From Chiloscyllium plagiosum (lineage: Eukaryota), in assembly GCF_004010195.1 (NCBI RefSeq), contig NC_057718.1:24173309-24237308 (forward strand): a stretch of 64,000 nucleotides of DNA, read 5' to 3'. Made by a program: the position numbers and the translations under genes. Below, piece after piece: positions 1 to 13,009 of the stretch. The first letter of the stretch is position 1. Each line of letters starts with the position of its first letter. The notes beneath the pieces were generated by a model. It made no database searches. It saw nothing but the letters and a program-made list of their open reading frames with translations, and was not told where the DNA came from.

Positions 1-745
1 GGAAAACAGAGGAGAACCACCTATACAACGTATTCAAGAAGAACGGATACTCAAAAAATACAGTGCGCAGATTCCTCAAGAACAAACCACGACAAGCAGA
101 CCAAACACAGCCAGAAACTCTAACCACCTTACCATACATCAAAGAAGTTTCAGAAATGACAGCCAGACTACTAAGACCCCTCGGAATCCTAGTAGCACAC
201 ACATCCACCAACACTCTCAAACAAAAACTAACAAACTTAAAAGACCTAGTACAACCCATGGACAAAACCAATGTCATCTACAAAATTCCATGCAAGGACT
301 GCCACGAATACTATGTAGGACAAACAGGAAGAGAGTTAGACACCAGAATACACGAACACCAGTTTGCCACAAAAAGACACGACCCTCTCTCCCTCGTAGC
401 CCTACACACGGATGAAAAAACCCACCATTTCGACTGGGACAACACATCTATCCTGGGACAGGCTAAGCAAAGACATGCCAGAGAATTCCTAGAGGCCTGG
501 CACTCCAACCACAACGCCATAAACAAATAGATCTAGATGCCATCTATCAACCCCTCAGAAAACGAACAGGAAATGACATCACCACAAACCCCAGGAACCC
601 CATCCAGGCGAAAGAAATAAATAGAAAGCAGGAGACAACAGCTTCGCTTCACTTGGAGGTCGCCACTGATGATGTTACCTAGCCAGGTAATGAAACGTCT
701 GGATATCAAACCTACAGGTCAGCGAGCAAATCTACACCCTAAACC
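1..745 (+). mobile_element. Penelope-like retroelement 3' part (RT thumb, GIY-YIG endonuclease, 3' pLTR region), cut by the window start
   Basis: Frame from pos 3 reads KTEENHLYNVFKKNGYS...LPYIKEVSE...NVIYKIPCKDCHEYYVGQTGRELDTRIHEH...REFLEAW (GIY-YIG motifs VIY/YVG). Stop at 528-530 comes from a small deletion; the related copy at 51829-52187 reads INKHIDLDPIYQPL. Confidence 0.9.
663..702 (+). ncRNA. Minimal type I hammerhead ribozyme motif, intact core
   Basis: cca-CTGATGA(666-672), stem II gttacct/aggtaat, GAAAC(692-696), GTC(697-699), tgg. Stem I is cca/tgg and stem III is the palindrome ACGT. Predicted cleavage after C699. Confidence 0.8.
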
Positions 746-1656
746 ACTCTTATTCACACAGACCCCCTGTTCAATGTCAAATACTAAACATTACATGTAA
801 CTCTGGCCCAGAATAGGCATAAAAGTGCACAGATTTATCCACACAAGACCCAAAGTCACATTTCAGCCGTCTCATGATGTTGAGAAATTTTTAACATTGT
901 GTCCAATAAGATATTAATTGATTCTTGTATCATTGAATGTAATTATACATCAGAATTAATTGAATTTGTTAACGCATTATGCTTAAAGTGCGAAAATGAT
1001 GGTTTCATCGTTTTAAAACTTTACTTTTTCTGGATAAAAGGGGCCTGGAAGGAGCTTTTCTGAGGCCTAGTTGTTCATGTTGATTTGATTGTTTACACCA
1101 GCTTTTAACTGTGTGTTTATAAAGGCAGGGGATTTTATTGTAAACACAAAGTGGCAATGCGGTAAGAAGAGAGCTATTTAAGTATAATATTTTATCAGGT
1201 TGCACCTTGTTTTGAGGTTTGTTGGTATACAGTATACATGGAAGCAGTTTCCATGTCCGGCTTTGTAGAAAAGTTGTTATAAAGGTAGAGTTGAGACATT
1301 TGTGTCACACTTGGTTAGCTTTGTGGTAATTGCTGCGAAATAATTCTTGCAAAACAATCTGCTGTTTGCCTTGCTGACCTTTAGCCTGTAGAATTTGCTA
1401 AATTTATGTAGTCATAATGGTCAATTCAAATATTGTTCAAAGTGGCTATTTTCAAGTACCTGAAAATTTTAGTAGCAATTGATGTGGCCTTTTATATTAA
1501 AAACAAAACTTTGCTTCTTCAAGTGTGGAAGAAGGATACATAGGTGGAGTTGTAGCCGAGGGCAGTTAGCTATGATCTTAGAACATGATAAAGCAAGCTT
1601 GAGGGGCCAAATTGCCTCCTCCTTCTCATTCTTGTTTTTATTGTTATTTGAAAATA

Positions 1657-2530
1657 ACATAACACAGAGGAGCAGGAATAGACTATTGGGTACCTTGAAC
1701 TTGCCCCACCATTCAACAAGATCATGGCTGATCTGCCCTAGGTCTTCACTGTTGCCTGTCAGTTCAACATGACTGTCAGCTTCCTGATATTTCAAAGATC
1801 TATCTACGTTCTCTTTAAATACTTTGTGATTTCATATCTGCAAAACATTGAGGGAGTGATTTCCAGACATTTACTGCTCTTTCGGAGAAGAAATTCCTTC
1901 TCATCTCTGTTCTAAATGAGTTTTCCACTGTTGTTTATGTCCTCCTGTTTGAGGTTCCCCCACTAGTGGAAACGTCTTAACGTCTACCCTGTCAATCCCC
2001 TCAGAATCTTGCATGTTTCAAAATATCGCCCTTCATTTCTTAACTCCAGTTAACAAAGGCCTTACCTGTGTTTGTTTGTTAATAAGTTGAACCCCTGATC
2101 CCAGGAATCAGTCTAATGTAAACAGCCTTCTGTGCAAATATATCTTTTGAGACACAGACAAAGACTCTACACAGTACTATAGGTACAGCCTCAGCAACAC
2201 CTTGTACAGTTGTAATAAGTCCCTTTTCTTTAAACTGCAGCCCCAAGCAATAAAAGCAAACATTAAATTTACCTCCTTATTTGCTGTAGCTGCATGCTAA
2301 CTTCTTGTATTGCATGCACAAGAACACCCAGATCCCTTTGTACTGTACTTTCTATTGGCATATCTCTCTATTTCAGTAATAGTCTGCCTGTGGATTCTTC
2401 CAGCCAAAGTGCAAGATCTCACGTTTTCCTGGATTAAACTGCTGAGTTTTTGCATATTCGCACACTGCAAACTGTCTACGTCCTCCTGCAGATTCCTCAT
2501 GCTCTCTCTATATCTTTTCTCCCACTTCCT
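1657..2530 (-). mobile_element. Degenerate CR1 LINE 3' fragment
   Basis: Reverse-strand CR1-type 3' tail at about 1657-1740, followed by decayed RT C-terminal sequence (ORF 2297-2500 NLQEDVDSL). Confidence 0.7.
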
Positions 2531-2689
2531 CTCACATTTTGATTATTCACCTCTTCACACCCCCCCACCCATCCCCCCCCCCCCCCCCCCCAACAAACTC
2601 ATTCATTTTAAAACAATATGCACAACCCTATGTATATAATTTGCCAGGGTACTAGTTCCAACACGTTTCAGTTGAAACCCATCACAATG

Positions 2690-3720
2690 CAGAACCCTCT
2701 TTCCCCAGCGTTGGTGCTTGTGCCTCATAAATTGTACCCCATTTCACCCATACCAATCTTTTTAACTATGAATTATTTGCGTCTCTGATATTGTTTACCC
2801 TATGCAAACTTGCATGTACTGCAATCAGGAGATTATTACTTTGGCAATTCTGTTTTTTAATTTAGTTCAAAGGTTCTTGTAATCCCTCAGTAGAGCCTCT
2901 TTTTCCTACTCCTACCTATGTTGCTAGTCCCTACTTGGACCATGCCAATTGGATCCATGTACACCCATTCCAAGTTCTGATGCAGCCTTGAACAATGGGA
3001 TCAAATGGAGTCATTTATCCTGAATTCCAGTGCCCGTAATACTGACTCAAGCACTGTTGTTTTCCAGCATTTACTTGATAATTAAGCTGAATGTTTAAAC
3101 AAAAATCAGTTGCTCCCATTGTCTGATGGAACAATCCAGATCTATCTCAGCCTTGACTAAAGTTATTGATCCAACCGCAATAGTCCTCTGCGGGAAGGGA
3201 TTCAACAGATTCATCATCCTCCTGAAAGAAAAAAATCTCCGTATCTCTGTCTTAAATGAGTGACTCCTTAATCTAAGATTATGTCCTCTAGTCCTAGACA
3301 CTCTCACAAAGGAAAATGGCGTCTTCGCAATAAGTTTAGGATAACTGACTTCATTTGATCCCTTTGAATCAGAAATTGGAGTGCAAACACAAGGATTCAG
3401 CTGGCATGGTCCAATTAGGGACCAACAGCAGAAGTAGGACTGGGAAAGCGGTCAAACCCTCTAAGAATCCTCTCATTTTCCTAAACTCCAATGAGTGTGA
3501 GCCCAACCTACTTGTCCTCCCTTCATGAGAAAATCCCTCAATACCAATAACATCTGAGTGAACTTTGTCTGGGATGCCACCAATGCCAATACATCTTCCC
3601 TTGGATAAGGGGCCCAAAACTGTCTATTAGCACTTCAGTTGTCCAAGCAGTTCCTTGTTCAGTTGTAGCAAAACCTCCCTAATTTTATATTACATTCCCT
3701 TTGAAATGAAGGGAACCCAT
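2690..3720 (-). mobile_element. Cluster of old CR1 fragments (ORF1-like and 3' pieces)
   Basis: ORF 3095-3307 SRTRGHNLRLRSHSFKTEIRRFFSFRRMMNLLN is a typical CR1 ORF2 C-terminus. ORF 3369-3617 has RLGSHSLEFRKMRG. Confidence 0.6.
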
Positions 3721-4307
3721 CAATGAAGAGAAGCAGCCTGCAGTCACAATGGTCTTCTAGCTGAGGCCTTCAAAGGTGATGGATGGGTTTTTACTTGTGC
3801 CAAAGCTCCATGCAGTTGTCTTGTTGAGTTGGGAGAAAAATCATTTATGTCCCTAAAACCTTTTCATGCTTGTGTGATTATATCTGTTGTGCGTGAGAGA
3901 TCTGAATCATTTTCCTTCAACATCCAATCTGGAGTCAAGCAAGTCTGTTAAATGCCAATTGTATGGGGGCTACCTACTTGACAGTAGCTGTTTACCTCCT
4001 CAAAGATCAGTTGACCTCAAATGTCCTTATTAAGTACTGGCTAGAATGAAAGCCCTTTAACCTTAATTACCTCAATGTCAGTTTACACTGACAAACCTCT
4101 ATGTCTGTGAAAGTCCCTTTATTTGGTCCTGACAGTTTAGTCAAATCATTGAGGTACTTATCCTGAATTTAACTAAATTGCAAAATTCTAACCTGAAACT
4201 TTACTGCCAAAAAGAAATCGCTAATCCTGACAAGATGCATGATAAATAACAACCATTCAACAGCATTGACCTCTCGTTAATTGCAGCATCTGTCTAATTT
4301 ATTTTTC

Positions 4308-4582
4308 ATTATTCATTAGTGGGATATGGGCATCACTGGCTTGGCCAGCATTTATTGCTCGTTCCTAGTTGCCTTTGAGAAGGTGGTAGTGAGCTGCCGC
4401 CTTGAGCCGTGGCAGTTCACCTGCTGAGAGTTGACCTACAATGCCATTAGAGAGGGAAATCCAGAATTTTGACCCAGCAACAGTGAAGGAACAGTGATTA
4501 TATTTCCAAGTCAGGACGGTGAGTGGCTTAGAGGGGAACTTGCAGATGGCGGTGTTCTCATGTATCTGCTTAGCTTTACTCA
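4308..4582 (-). mobile_element. 3' end of an L2/CR1-group LINE
   Basis: ORF 4365-4583 ...SFTVAGSKFWISLSNGIVG...LKAAAHYHLLKGN, then a 3' tail with aataaatgctggcc. Related sequence recurs at 50360-50480. Confidence 0.6.
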
Positions 4583-5606
4583 CTAATCAGTACGGCAATC
4601 ATTATTAACCAGGGCAGTCTGGGGCGCTCTGCATGTTTAATATCAGTTATGGTCATAGGGAAATAGCTCTTTACAGATAATCCACCAGCTCTCATTATGG
4701 TTTGTCGTGATTTGTTTTCCTGAGATTTGATTATATTTTTCTCCCTCTCTTTTTCTCATGAAGACAAAATTAGTGTTTGATACTTTTTAGCTCATGGTAA
4801 TTTTTAAAAAAAAAGTCATTTTGAAATTGACTTTAATTGCTGCTTTGAATAATGCTATTTAATGCCAATCTAGCCGCACTGAATGTTTGTGGTACTCTGA
4901 ATCCAGTTGGATTGGTGGGGCCTGCCTCTATTGTAAGGTTACAATAAAACAGTTGAATATTATCTCCTCTATATATTCCTGTTGGCACTGATGTGCATCA
5001 ACATTTTTTTTTTTGGATTTGTTATTCCTAAATCAATTGGGGTTTAGATTTTGTCTGATGAGAATCCTGCGACATTTGTACTATTTTAGAGACTAACCAC
5101 AAGTTAAGCTGCTGTTATTCAATGAAAATATCCCAGAAGTTAAATGAACTTGTATTTAAGTAGCCCCAGTTGTAACTTCAGCATGTCCCAAAATGTGGTA
5201 CTTCAGAAATGTAGTCACATTTGTCACATAGGCTTTTGTTTTTGTTACTTTACTTTTTGATTTGCACTTGCGATGCTAACTGATAATTGATTTATACGTT
5301 TCTGTGGTTTTCCAATGTTGATCATCTCCCACTACTTGATGCTGAGCTGTGAGCTGGGAGAGAATTTAATAACAGGAGGATAATGTGTTATGCAAATTGT
5401 TGGCATAGTGTATTCCTGGACTATTGTACTTTCCTCTGATCTTTGTTCTCGTTATCTCACGTGGTTTGAGATTAGAAGTTTGACTGTTTAGCTGCTTAAA
5501 TTGGTATGCCCCTTTTGTTTTCCCCAAAAGGTAGGCTACAGCTCAGGCACTCCCTGTAGGGAGGGTTCAAAGATGATTTGTGGGCCAAACCCACTTTTTA
5601 TTGCTG

Positions 5607-6579
5607 AGTACAAGGACAATTCACAGATCCTTGCATGTTTGTTAATTCTAAGTCAATCTACAAGCCGTCCTTCTCAAATCAAATTAACTTGTAATTTATC
5701 TTTGCATGATAAGACTGCCTTTTTAATATTATTATTTTGAGATGTGTGTGTTGAAACATTTTTAAAACTTGCTTCATCGCTATACACAAGGGGTTTCATA
5801 TGTAGTTAGTTACTCTGCAGACATGGATAGCACTACAAAAGCTGGTGATTGCAATCTAGTTGAAATGACAAATGTTAATTTCCTTTTTTAACAAAAAATT
5901 ATATTGGCCATTTCAAAGTGTGTTCAACTTCCCCACTCCTTTAGTGTTCATGTTTCAACCTTGACAGAGCTTTAAATGCAAGAACTACAAAATGTGTAAG
6001 GATTAGCATCCAAGTGCACCCCACAAAGGAGCATCTTTTGCATTTGTATTTAATTTGTAGGACAGTGCTATGACCTAAACAATTAAACAAGCACAGCAAG
6101 ACTAGAAATGATAATGCAGTTCCAATATCTAACACAAATTGGAAGCATGAGAAATCACAATTCAGGAGACATGTTTTTCAACAAAAGAAAGAACATCAGT
6201 TGCTATGCAACAAAACTTTATCTTGTCACCTATTAAACAGTGCAGAGTTACAAAGATGTGTTGATCAAGAAATATTTACTTAAAATGAGGTATAAAATAA
6301 CAAGGAGAACTTTCAAATCATAGAACAAAAGAGTTGCCATCAGTCAGAACATGTCTGTTCAGTTAGAATCCCACATTCTAACGCACTCAGTAAAGAAAAT
6401 TCTCCTGAGTTCCTCCTTGGAATTATTGGTGGCTTTTTCAAGTACAAAAACAATTCACAGATCATCACATGTTTGTCAGTTCAAGATCAATCTGCAAACT
6501 GCCCTTCTTGAACTAAATTAGCTTGCAGTTTATCTTTGCATTAAATGATTGCCTTTTAGATATTGGTATTTTGAGATGT
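5607..6579 (+). repeat. Diverged direct duplication of 139 bp (5607-5745 and 6441-6579)
   Basis: Collinear blocks agtacaa..caattcacagatc..catgtttgt..tttatctttgcat..tattttgagatgt at a constant offset of 834. Confidence 0.8.
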
Positions 6580-6699
6580 AAGTAAATGTTCTTGAGTTTT
6601 GGAATGCTCTTAACTGGGGACATCAAATCTGCATTTGCCCTACCAAACCTCTTCATGATTTTTAAGACCTTGATCAGGCCATCCCACTGATGATTTATG

Positions 6700-7601
6700 T
6701 ATTTTTGATCTGGGTAAGGAACTGAGGACGTTGTTGTGAAGTTTGCAGATGACACAAAGATAGGTGGAGGGATAGATGGTGTTGAAGAAGCAAGGAGGCT
6801 GCAGAAGGACTTGGACATGTTTGGAGAGTGGCCAAAGAAGTGGCAGATGGAATACAATTTGGGGAAGTGGAGGTTATGCATACTGGTAGAAAGAATGCAG
6901 GTGTGGACTGCTTTCGAAACTGGGGAAGGCTTTGGAAATATTAAGTGCAAAGGGACTTGGGAGTCTTACTTCAGGATTCTCTTAATATGCAGGCAATGTG
7001 ATGTTGGCATTCATTTTGAGGGCAAGAATATGAGGCTGTATAAGGTTCCAGTCAGACTGCATTTGGAATATTGAGCAGTTCTGAGCCCCATACCTAAGGA
7101 AGAATGTGCTGGCCTTGGAGGGGTTTAGAGGAGGTTTACAAGAATGATACCACGGATGAATGGCTTGTCCTATGAGGAGCGATTGAGGACAGTCTGTACT
7201 CAATGGAGATTAGAAGGATGACAGGAATCTCATTTAAATTTACTGTATCCAGAGAAGCCTGGATAGAGTGAATGTGGAGATGATGTTTCCTGTAGCAGGA
7301 GAAACTAGGACCTAAGGGCACAGCCTCAGAGTGAAAGGATGACCCTTTGGACCTCAGTTGAGGAATTTCTTCATCCATATGGTGGTTAATCTGTGGGGTT
7401 CATCATCACAGAAGGCTGTAGAGGCCAAGTCATTGAGTGCATTTATGATCAAGATAGATATTTCTTGATTAGTGAATGAATAAAGAGTTACAGGCAAAGG
7501 CAAGAAAATTGGGTTTGAGAAATATATCTGCCAGGATAGAATGGTGGAACAGACGCGATGGGCTGAATGGCCTAGTTCTGCTCCTATGTCTTGTGGTCTT
7601 C
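6700..7601 (+). mobile_element. CR1 LINE ORF2 RT 3' portion with 3' tail
   Basis: KFADDTKIGG...LQKDLDMFGEWPKKWQMEYN (ORF 6736-7074); ends in gatgggctgaatggcctagttctgctcctatgtcttgtggtct. Confidence 0.85.
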
Positions 7602-7675
7602 TGATTTAGTTTACTACTTGGAAGCTGAGCAAATCGCAAGTTTCTTAACTTCTGAAATGCCTGATTGTTATGGGA

Positions 7676-7845
7676 GAAAGTGAGGACGGCAGATGCTGGA
7701 GACCAGAGTCAAGAGTGTGGTGCTGGAAAAGCACAACTGGTCAGGCAGAATCCGAGGTGTTCCTGATGAAGGGCTTATGCTCAAAACTTTGATTCTCCTG
7801 CTCCTTGGATGCTGCCTGACCTTTCCTAGCACCACACTCTCGACT
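7676..7845. mobile_element. Fold-back PLE pLTR mini-insertion with a degenerate HHR
   Basis: Inverted arms at about 7704-7757 and 7803-7848; 15-bp TSD ctgattgttatggga (7661-7675, 7846-7860); CTGATGA at 7763-7769 but GAAAC has decayed. Confidence 0.8.
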
Positions 7846-8459
7846 CTGATTGTTATGGGACTCCAGTTTAAACCCTCCAGTGCTGCTGCACTTTGTAGCC
7901 TGAGATAACAGCTGTCTTGCTGTCGAAATCTCAATTGCTGAACCCCAACCTACCTTCAGCTAGTGCCCGTATACTTTTCCAAAAAAAGTGACCAGTTAGT
8001 GATTGGAACGTGAGTCTATTAGTGACACATCACCATTTAAAGTTCCGACTTCATTGGTCCTAATCCTTTGCTTGGTATTCTACCAAATTCCATAGAATTA
8101 TCCAAGTTAGGTGGTTTTTGTATTTTTCAGTGGCTTTTTAATAGGTCTAGGTTTAATTTTGTTCTAATGTTAGGTTGATCTTGAAAATACATGGCACTTT
8201 AGTAAGGAATTATGGTGACCAATGATATTGCAGTATATGTAATGATCACTCTTTTTGGCCTACAGACTAAAACTTGGAAAAGATACAGCTTTAAACCAAG
8301 AAAACTGTAAGAATTCATATTGTAAAACGTTACTGGAATATGTACGTTGTATCTATAATATCAAACAGTGAGGGACCATTCCAGGTAAAACAGCACAACA
8401 TAACCTGTGTATTTTAGGGCAATTTTGCACAGAGACAGTCTTTGCTTTTCTAATCAGGA

Positions 8460-8705
8460 CCATAGAATCATAGAGATGTACAGCATGAAAACAGACCCTT
8501 CGGTCCAACTCGTCCATGCCGAGCAGAAATCCCAACCCAATCTAGTCCCACCTGCCAGCACCTGGCCCATATCCCTCCAAACCCTTCCTATTCATATACC
8601 CATCCAGATGCTCTGAAATGTTGCAATTGTACCAGCCTCCACCACTTCGTCTGGCAGCTCATTCCATACATGTACCACCCTCTGAGTGAAAAAGTTGCCT
8701 CTTAG
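8460..8705 (-). mobile_element. CR1 LINE 3' end fragment
   Basis: catagaatcatagagatgtacagcatgaaaacagacccttcggtccaac reverse tail; the same family occurs at 37741 and 52336. Confidence 0.75.
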
Positions 8706-9134
8706 GTAATTTCACGGTTTTTTAATTTTCCCAGACGCATTCTGATGTGCAACGATATGTGAATTCAACAGCCAAGGCAGTAACTGCTAACTCTGTCAGT
8801 TAGCAATTTGGGTTTCTTTCTCGCTCTCGCTTTCTCCTACACTGACTTCACCATGTGTTTCCTTTGTCTGTTCTTCCCCCTTTTAAAACTGCTGTTGTTT
8901 TGACATTTTTTTTCCTCCAAAGTTCCCAAACAATGTAACAGCATATAAAACAGTAATTGTTGCTTCTGGAATTCAAAGAAATCACCTCCAACACCTAAAA
9001 TACCTCAAAATAAAAAGGAGCAGAAATGTTTCCTGTCTTCCATCTTGGATTACTCAGAATCCTTTAGTGAGCTCAGGAGGAGTCCGGACAGTAACAATCA
9101 CTTGATTAGTTCCTCGACAGATAGTGATAGCTTT

Positions 9135-10795
9135 GAACATAGAACAGAAAACAGTACAGCACAGTGTAGGTCATTCGGCCCTTGATGTATTGCCAACCTT
9201 TTACCCTACTCTATGATCAAACTGACCGATATACCCTTCTTTTCAGTATCTTCCATGTACCAATCCAAGAGTCACTTAAATGTTCCTAATGAATTTGACT
9301 CTCCTACCACTGCTGGCAGTGCATTCCAAGCACCCACCACTTTGTAAAGAACTGACCTCTGACATCTCCCCATAACCTTTCTACAATCACCTTAAACTTA
9401 TGCCCCCCTCGTGCTAGCCATTTCTACCTTGGGGGGAAAACGTTTCTGGAATCCAGTCTATCTCTGCCTCCCATCATCTTATACCTCTATCAAGTCACCT
9501 CTTATTCTTCGCTCCAATGAGAAAAGCCCTAGCTCACTCAACCTTTCTTCATAAGACATGGCCGCCAGTCCAGGCAGCATCCTGGTAAATCTCCTCAGCA
9601 CCCTCTCTAAAGCTTCCATATCCTTCCTGTAATGACATGACCAGAACAGACCACACTTGGAATATTGTGTTCTAACAAAGCTTTATAGAGCTGCGGCATA
9701 ACCTTGCGGCTCATAAACTCAATCTCCCTGCTAATGAAAGCCAGCACACCATACGCTGCCTTAACCTGATCAGCTTGGGTTGCAACTTTGAGGGATCTAT
9801 GGATGTGGGCCCCTAGGTCCCTCTGTTCCTCCACATTGCCAAGAATCCTGCATTTAATGCTGTATTCTGCATTCAAATTTGACTTTCCAAAGTGAATCAC
9901 TTCACACTTTTCCAAGTTGAATTCTATCTGCCACTTCTCAGCCCAGCTCTGCATCCTGTCAATGTCCTGTTGCAACCTCCAACAGTCCTCCACACTATCT
10001 ACCACTCCACCAACTTTCATGTCATCAGCAAACTTACTAACCCACCCTTCCACTTCCTCATCCAAGTCATATTTATATTTTAAAAAAATCACAAAGAGCA
10101 GATGTCCCATTGGAACACCACTGGTCACTGAGCTCCAAGATAAATATTTCCCATCTTCTATCACCCTCTGTCTTCTATGGGTCAGCCAATTCTGAATCTA
10201 GACAGCCAGATTTCCCTGTATCCCATGCCTGCTTACTTTCTGAATGAGCCTGCCATGGGAACCTTGTCAAACGTTTTGTTAAAATCTATATACACCACAT
10301 CCACTGCTCTACCTTCATCAGTGTGTTTTGGCACATCCTCAAAGAATTCAATAAAGCTTGTGAGGGATGACCTGCCCCTCACAAAGCCATGCTACCTATC
10401 TCCAATCAAACTATGCTTTTCCAAGTAATCATAAATCCTGTCTCTCCGAATCCTCTCCAATACTTTGCTCACCACAGACGTAAGACAGACTGGTCTGTAA
10501 TTCTCAGGGTTATCCTAATCCCCTTCCTTGAACAAGGGAATAATATTTGCCACTCTCCAATCATCTGGCAGTACTCCAGTCGGCAGTGAGGATGCAAAGA
10601 TCATCGTTAAAGGCGCAGCAGTCTCTTTCCTTGCTTCCTGTAACAACCTTGGGTATATCCTATCTGACCCAGGGGACTGACCTCATGTTTTTCATAATTT
10701 CCAGCACATCCTCCTCCTTAACATCAACCTGTTTGAGCATATCAGCCTGTTTCACGCTCTCCTCAAAAATATCAAGGTCCCTCTCACTAGTGCTT
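9135..10795 (-). mobile_element. CR1 LINE ORF2 reverse transcriptase, 5'-truncated and decayed
   Basis: ORF 9607-10164 WSSVTSGVP..LFVIF..DLDEEVEGWVSKFADDMKVGG..LQQDIDRMQSWAEKWQIEFNLEKCEVIHFG; 3' tail near 9135-9190. Confidence 0.9.
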
Positions 10796-12189
10796 GAGGA
10801 TCAGACAGCAGAAGCACTCAGCCTGTGAAGGGAAAGCATCAAGCTTTCACTCGTGGTGAAGTAAAAGAAAATTCCTGGTACCTACTTTCCCTCGCCGTCC
10901 TCTGTAAGTTGCTTTCTCCGTAACTCCCCTGTTGAAAGGAAAAGGAGAGAAACAACCTTGAAGCCCTGCAAAGGTGAGTCCTCAATCAGTGAATGAGAGA
11001 CTGAGAATCTGTGTAACCGTAATCTTATAACATTAGCAAATAATTAAAACTAAAAGATCAAAGTGAGTGTCCATAATCCAGACTTGTGCCAAAATTATAT
11101 TTCTGACTATTTTTCTTGCTTCCGCACACAATATTCGAAAGACATGATGTCTATGGGAATACTAAACAATATGTTGAGTTTAAGATGTAGAATTATAGAT
11201 TAGCAATTTAATTTGTCTTTTTTTTGCTTTTAGTTTAAAAAAATGACTAACAAAAAAATATATTTATTTTAATGGGGGAGAAAAATCCTGGTGTGTTTAT
11301 TCTTCTAACCTGATTTAGACCATGAAGTCAAATTAGGCAACTAATCAGATTTTCAGACTTATGATGACTGATGAAGTAATTGGGCTTGATTTCCAGTACA
11401 CTATCCCAATTAGTCATAATGCCTGTTACTTGTTTATGGTGGTATATTAGTTCAGGATGGTGTTTGCTAATTACTGGATGAGGACTTTTCCCAAAATTAA
11501 ATGTAGGGCTTTTTGGTCCCCTTTCTTCCATTCCCCTCTCAAAAATAGTCCTCTAATGTCATTAACACCCATGTACAGTTACCAAGCCTTTTGTTTTCTA
11601 TTCCACCTTCAAAACAAGGATGAAGTAGCTGAGTTAAAATGAATGCTTGTAGCTCTTTCAATGTCACAGATGGAATTCATTTGTCAGTATTTTGAAATGC
11701 AAAAGAATGCCATAAGTATGATGGATATTCTTCTTTGAGTCCACTGTGCCCGCAAATACCTGGCTTTGGCAATGATCTGTTCAGTGTAAGATCCTGTGGC
11801 TATCTTGAGGAATGCAGAAGGTTTGGGGTTTGAGGCAGAGCCTGAGCACGTGGCAGAAGCTGCAACATTTTGAAAGTAAACTAAAAATCATTTGTTCTCT
11901 GAACATTTCTGGGGACTAAGAATCTGAATGTGCCGTGTCTTTAATTGTAATTGTAATAAGCCAGAGACTGTGTCTGGTTCAAAATATTTGCTATTACCTC
12001 AATATGATCACACATAACAAAAAAACTGCCAGAAATTGGAAAAATTATCAGAGTCAAAGGCATCTTGAGGTTTTGTGGAAGGTATAATACATGAGTGAAG
12101 GAGAGGTAAGTTTGAACAGAACAATGCAAACCGTATGGGTTCATCAAAGAAACACTCATTTTTATTGATATAATATGATCATCGCACAA

Positions 12190-12570
12190 GGAGCTTTTAA
12201 TTTAATTAAGTGCTTTTGATGGTTGTGCCTTGTAATATCAAAAGTATGCTTGTGTACAGGGAAATCTTATAAACAGCAGTATGATGACATGTAGATAAAC
12301 TGTCTTTATGATGTTCATGGAGTGGTTCAAACTGGACCAGACACTGCAGATAATTCCCTTGCAATTCCTTTAACCAGACTGTTCTCTCCACCTGAGAAGG
12401 TGGGTTGGACCTCATCTTGTGAAATATTGCATCTCTGAAAATGCTGCTGTTCCACTGTACCATTTTGGAAGATATGCCTTAATTTTGTGTTCATACCCTG
12501 CAGTGGGATTGGAACTCTCAACCTTCTGGTTCAGAGGCAAGATTTCTACCAACTGAGCCACAGTTGACAT
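12190..12570 (-). mobile_element. Old tRNA-derived SINE
   Basis: Reverse tRNA-like head gtgggattggaactc...accaactgagccacagttgac at about 12500-12568. Related copies at about 38870-39055 and 40020-40320. Confidence 0.55.
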
Positions 12571-13009
12571 CTGATTTAGCCCCCTGACCTTTTATTCATT
12601 TGGAATTTCTGCTCCTCTGTAATGCATCAAGACTAATTATATGCTGTGAAATTAAGATGAGTCCCCATCGAACAGCAATAAATTTTGATTGTGTTGAAAT
12701 AGTCAACTATGCTTGCATGCAGAATAACACATCTCTGAGAAAGATGGACCAAAGTTCTGCACTGGTTTAGCTGAACTAGTCTAAAGTTATAACGTGATCA
12801 CATCAACACTCTAAGCTGAAGTTAACCACGTGATGAGCAATCATGTTGTGCTGGGCAAGTCAATATCTCCCCATGAAAGAACATTCAAAACCTGCTAACG
12901 TGAACCCTAATGACAGAAGGTGACGTTAATGCAGCAGGTGGACAAAGAATGATGTGCAGCAAAAAGCTGGTATTGCTAAGAAGTGACACTTTGGAGCATG
13001 TCAACAAAC

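Noticed and set aside
2560..2591. Poly-C tracts giving proline-rich ORFs reminiscent of formin FH1 (also 20594-20610 and 24857-24873)
   Set aside because: They are simple homopolymers without FH1 repeat structure or splice sites.
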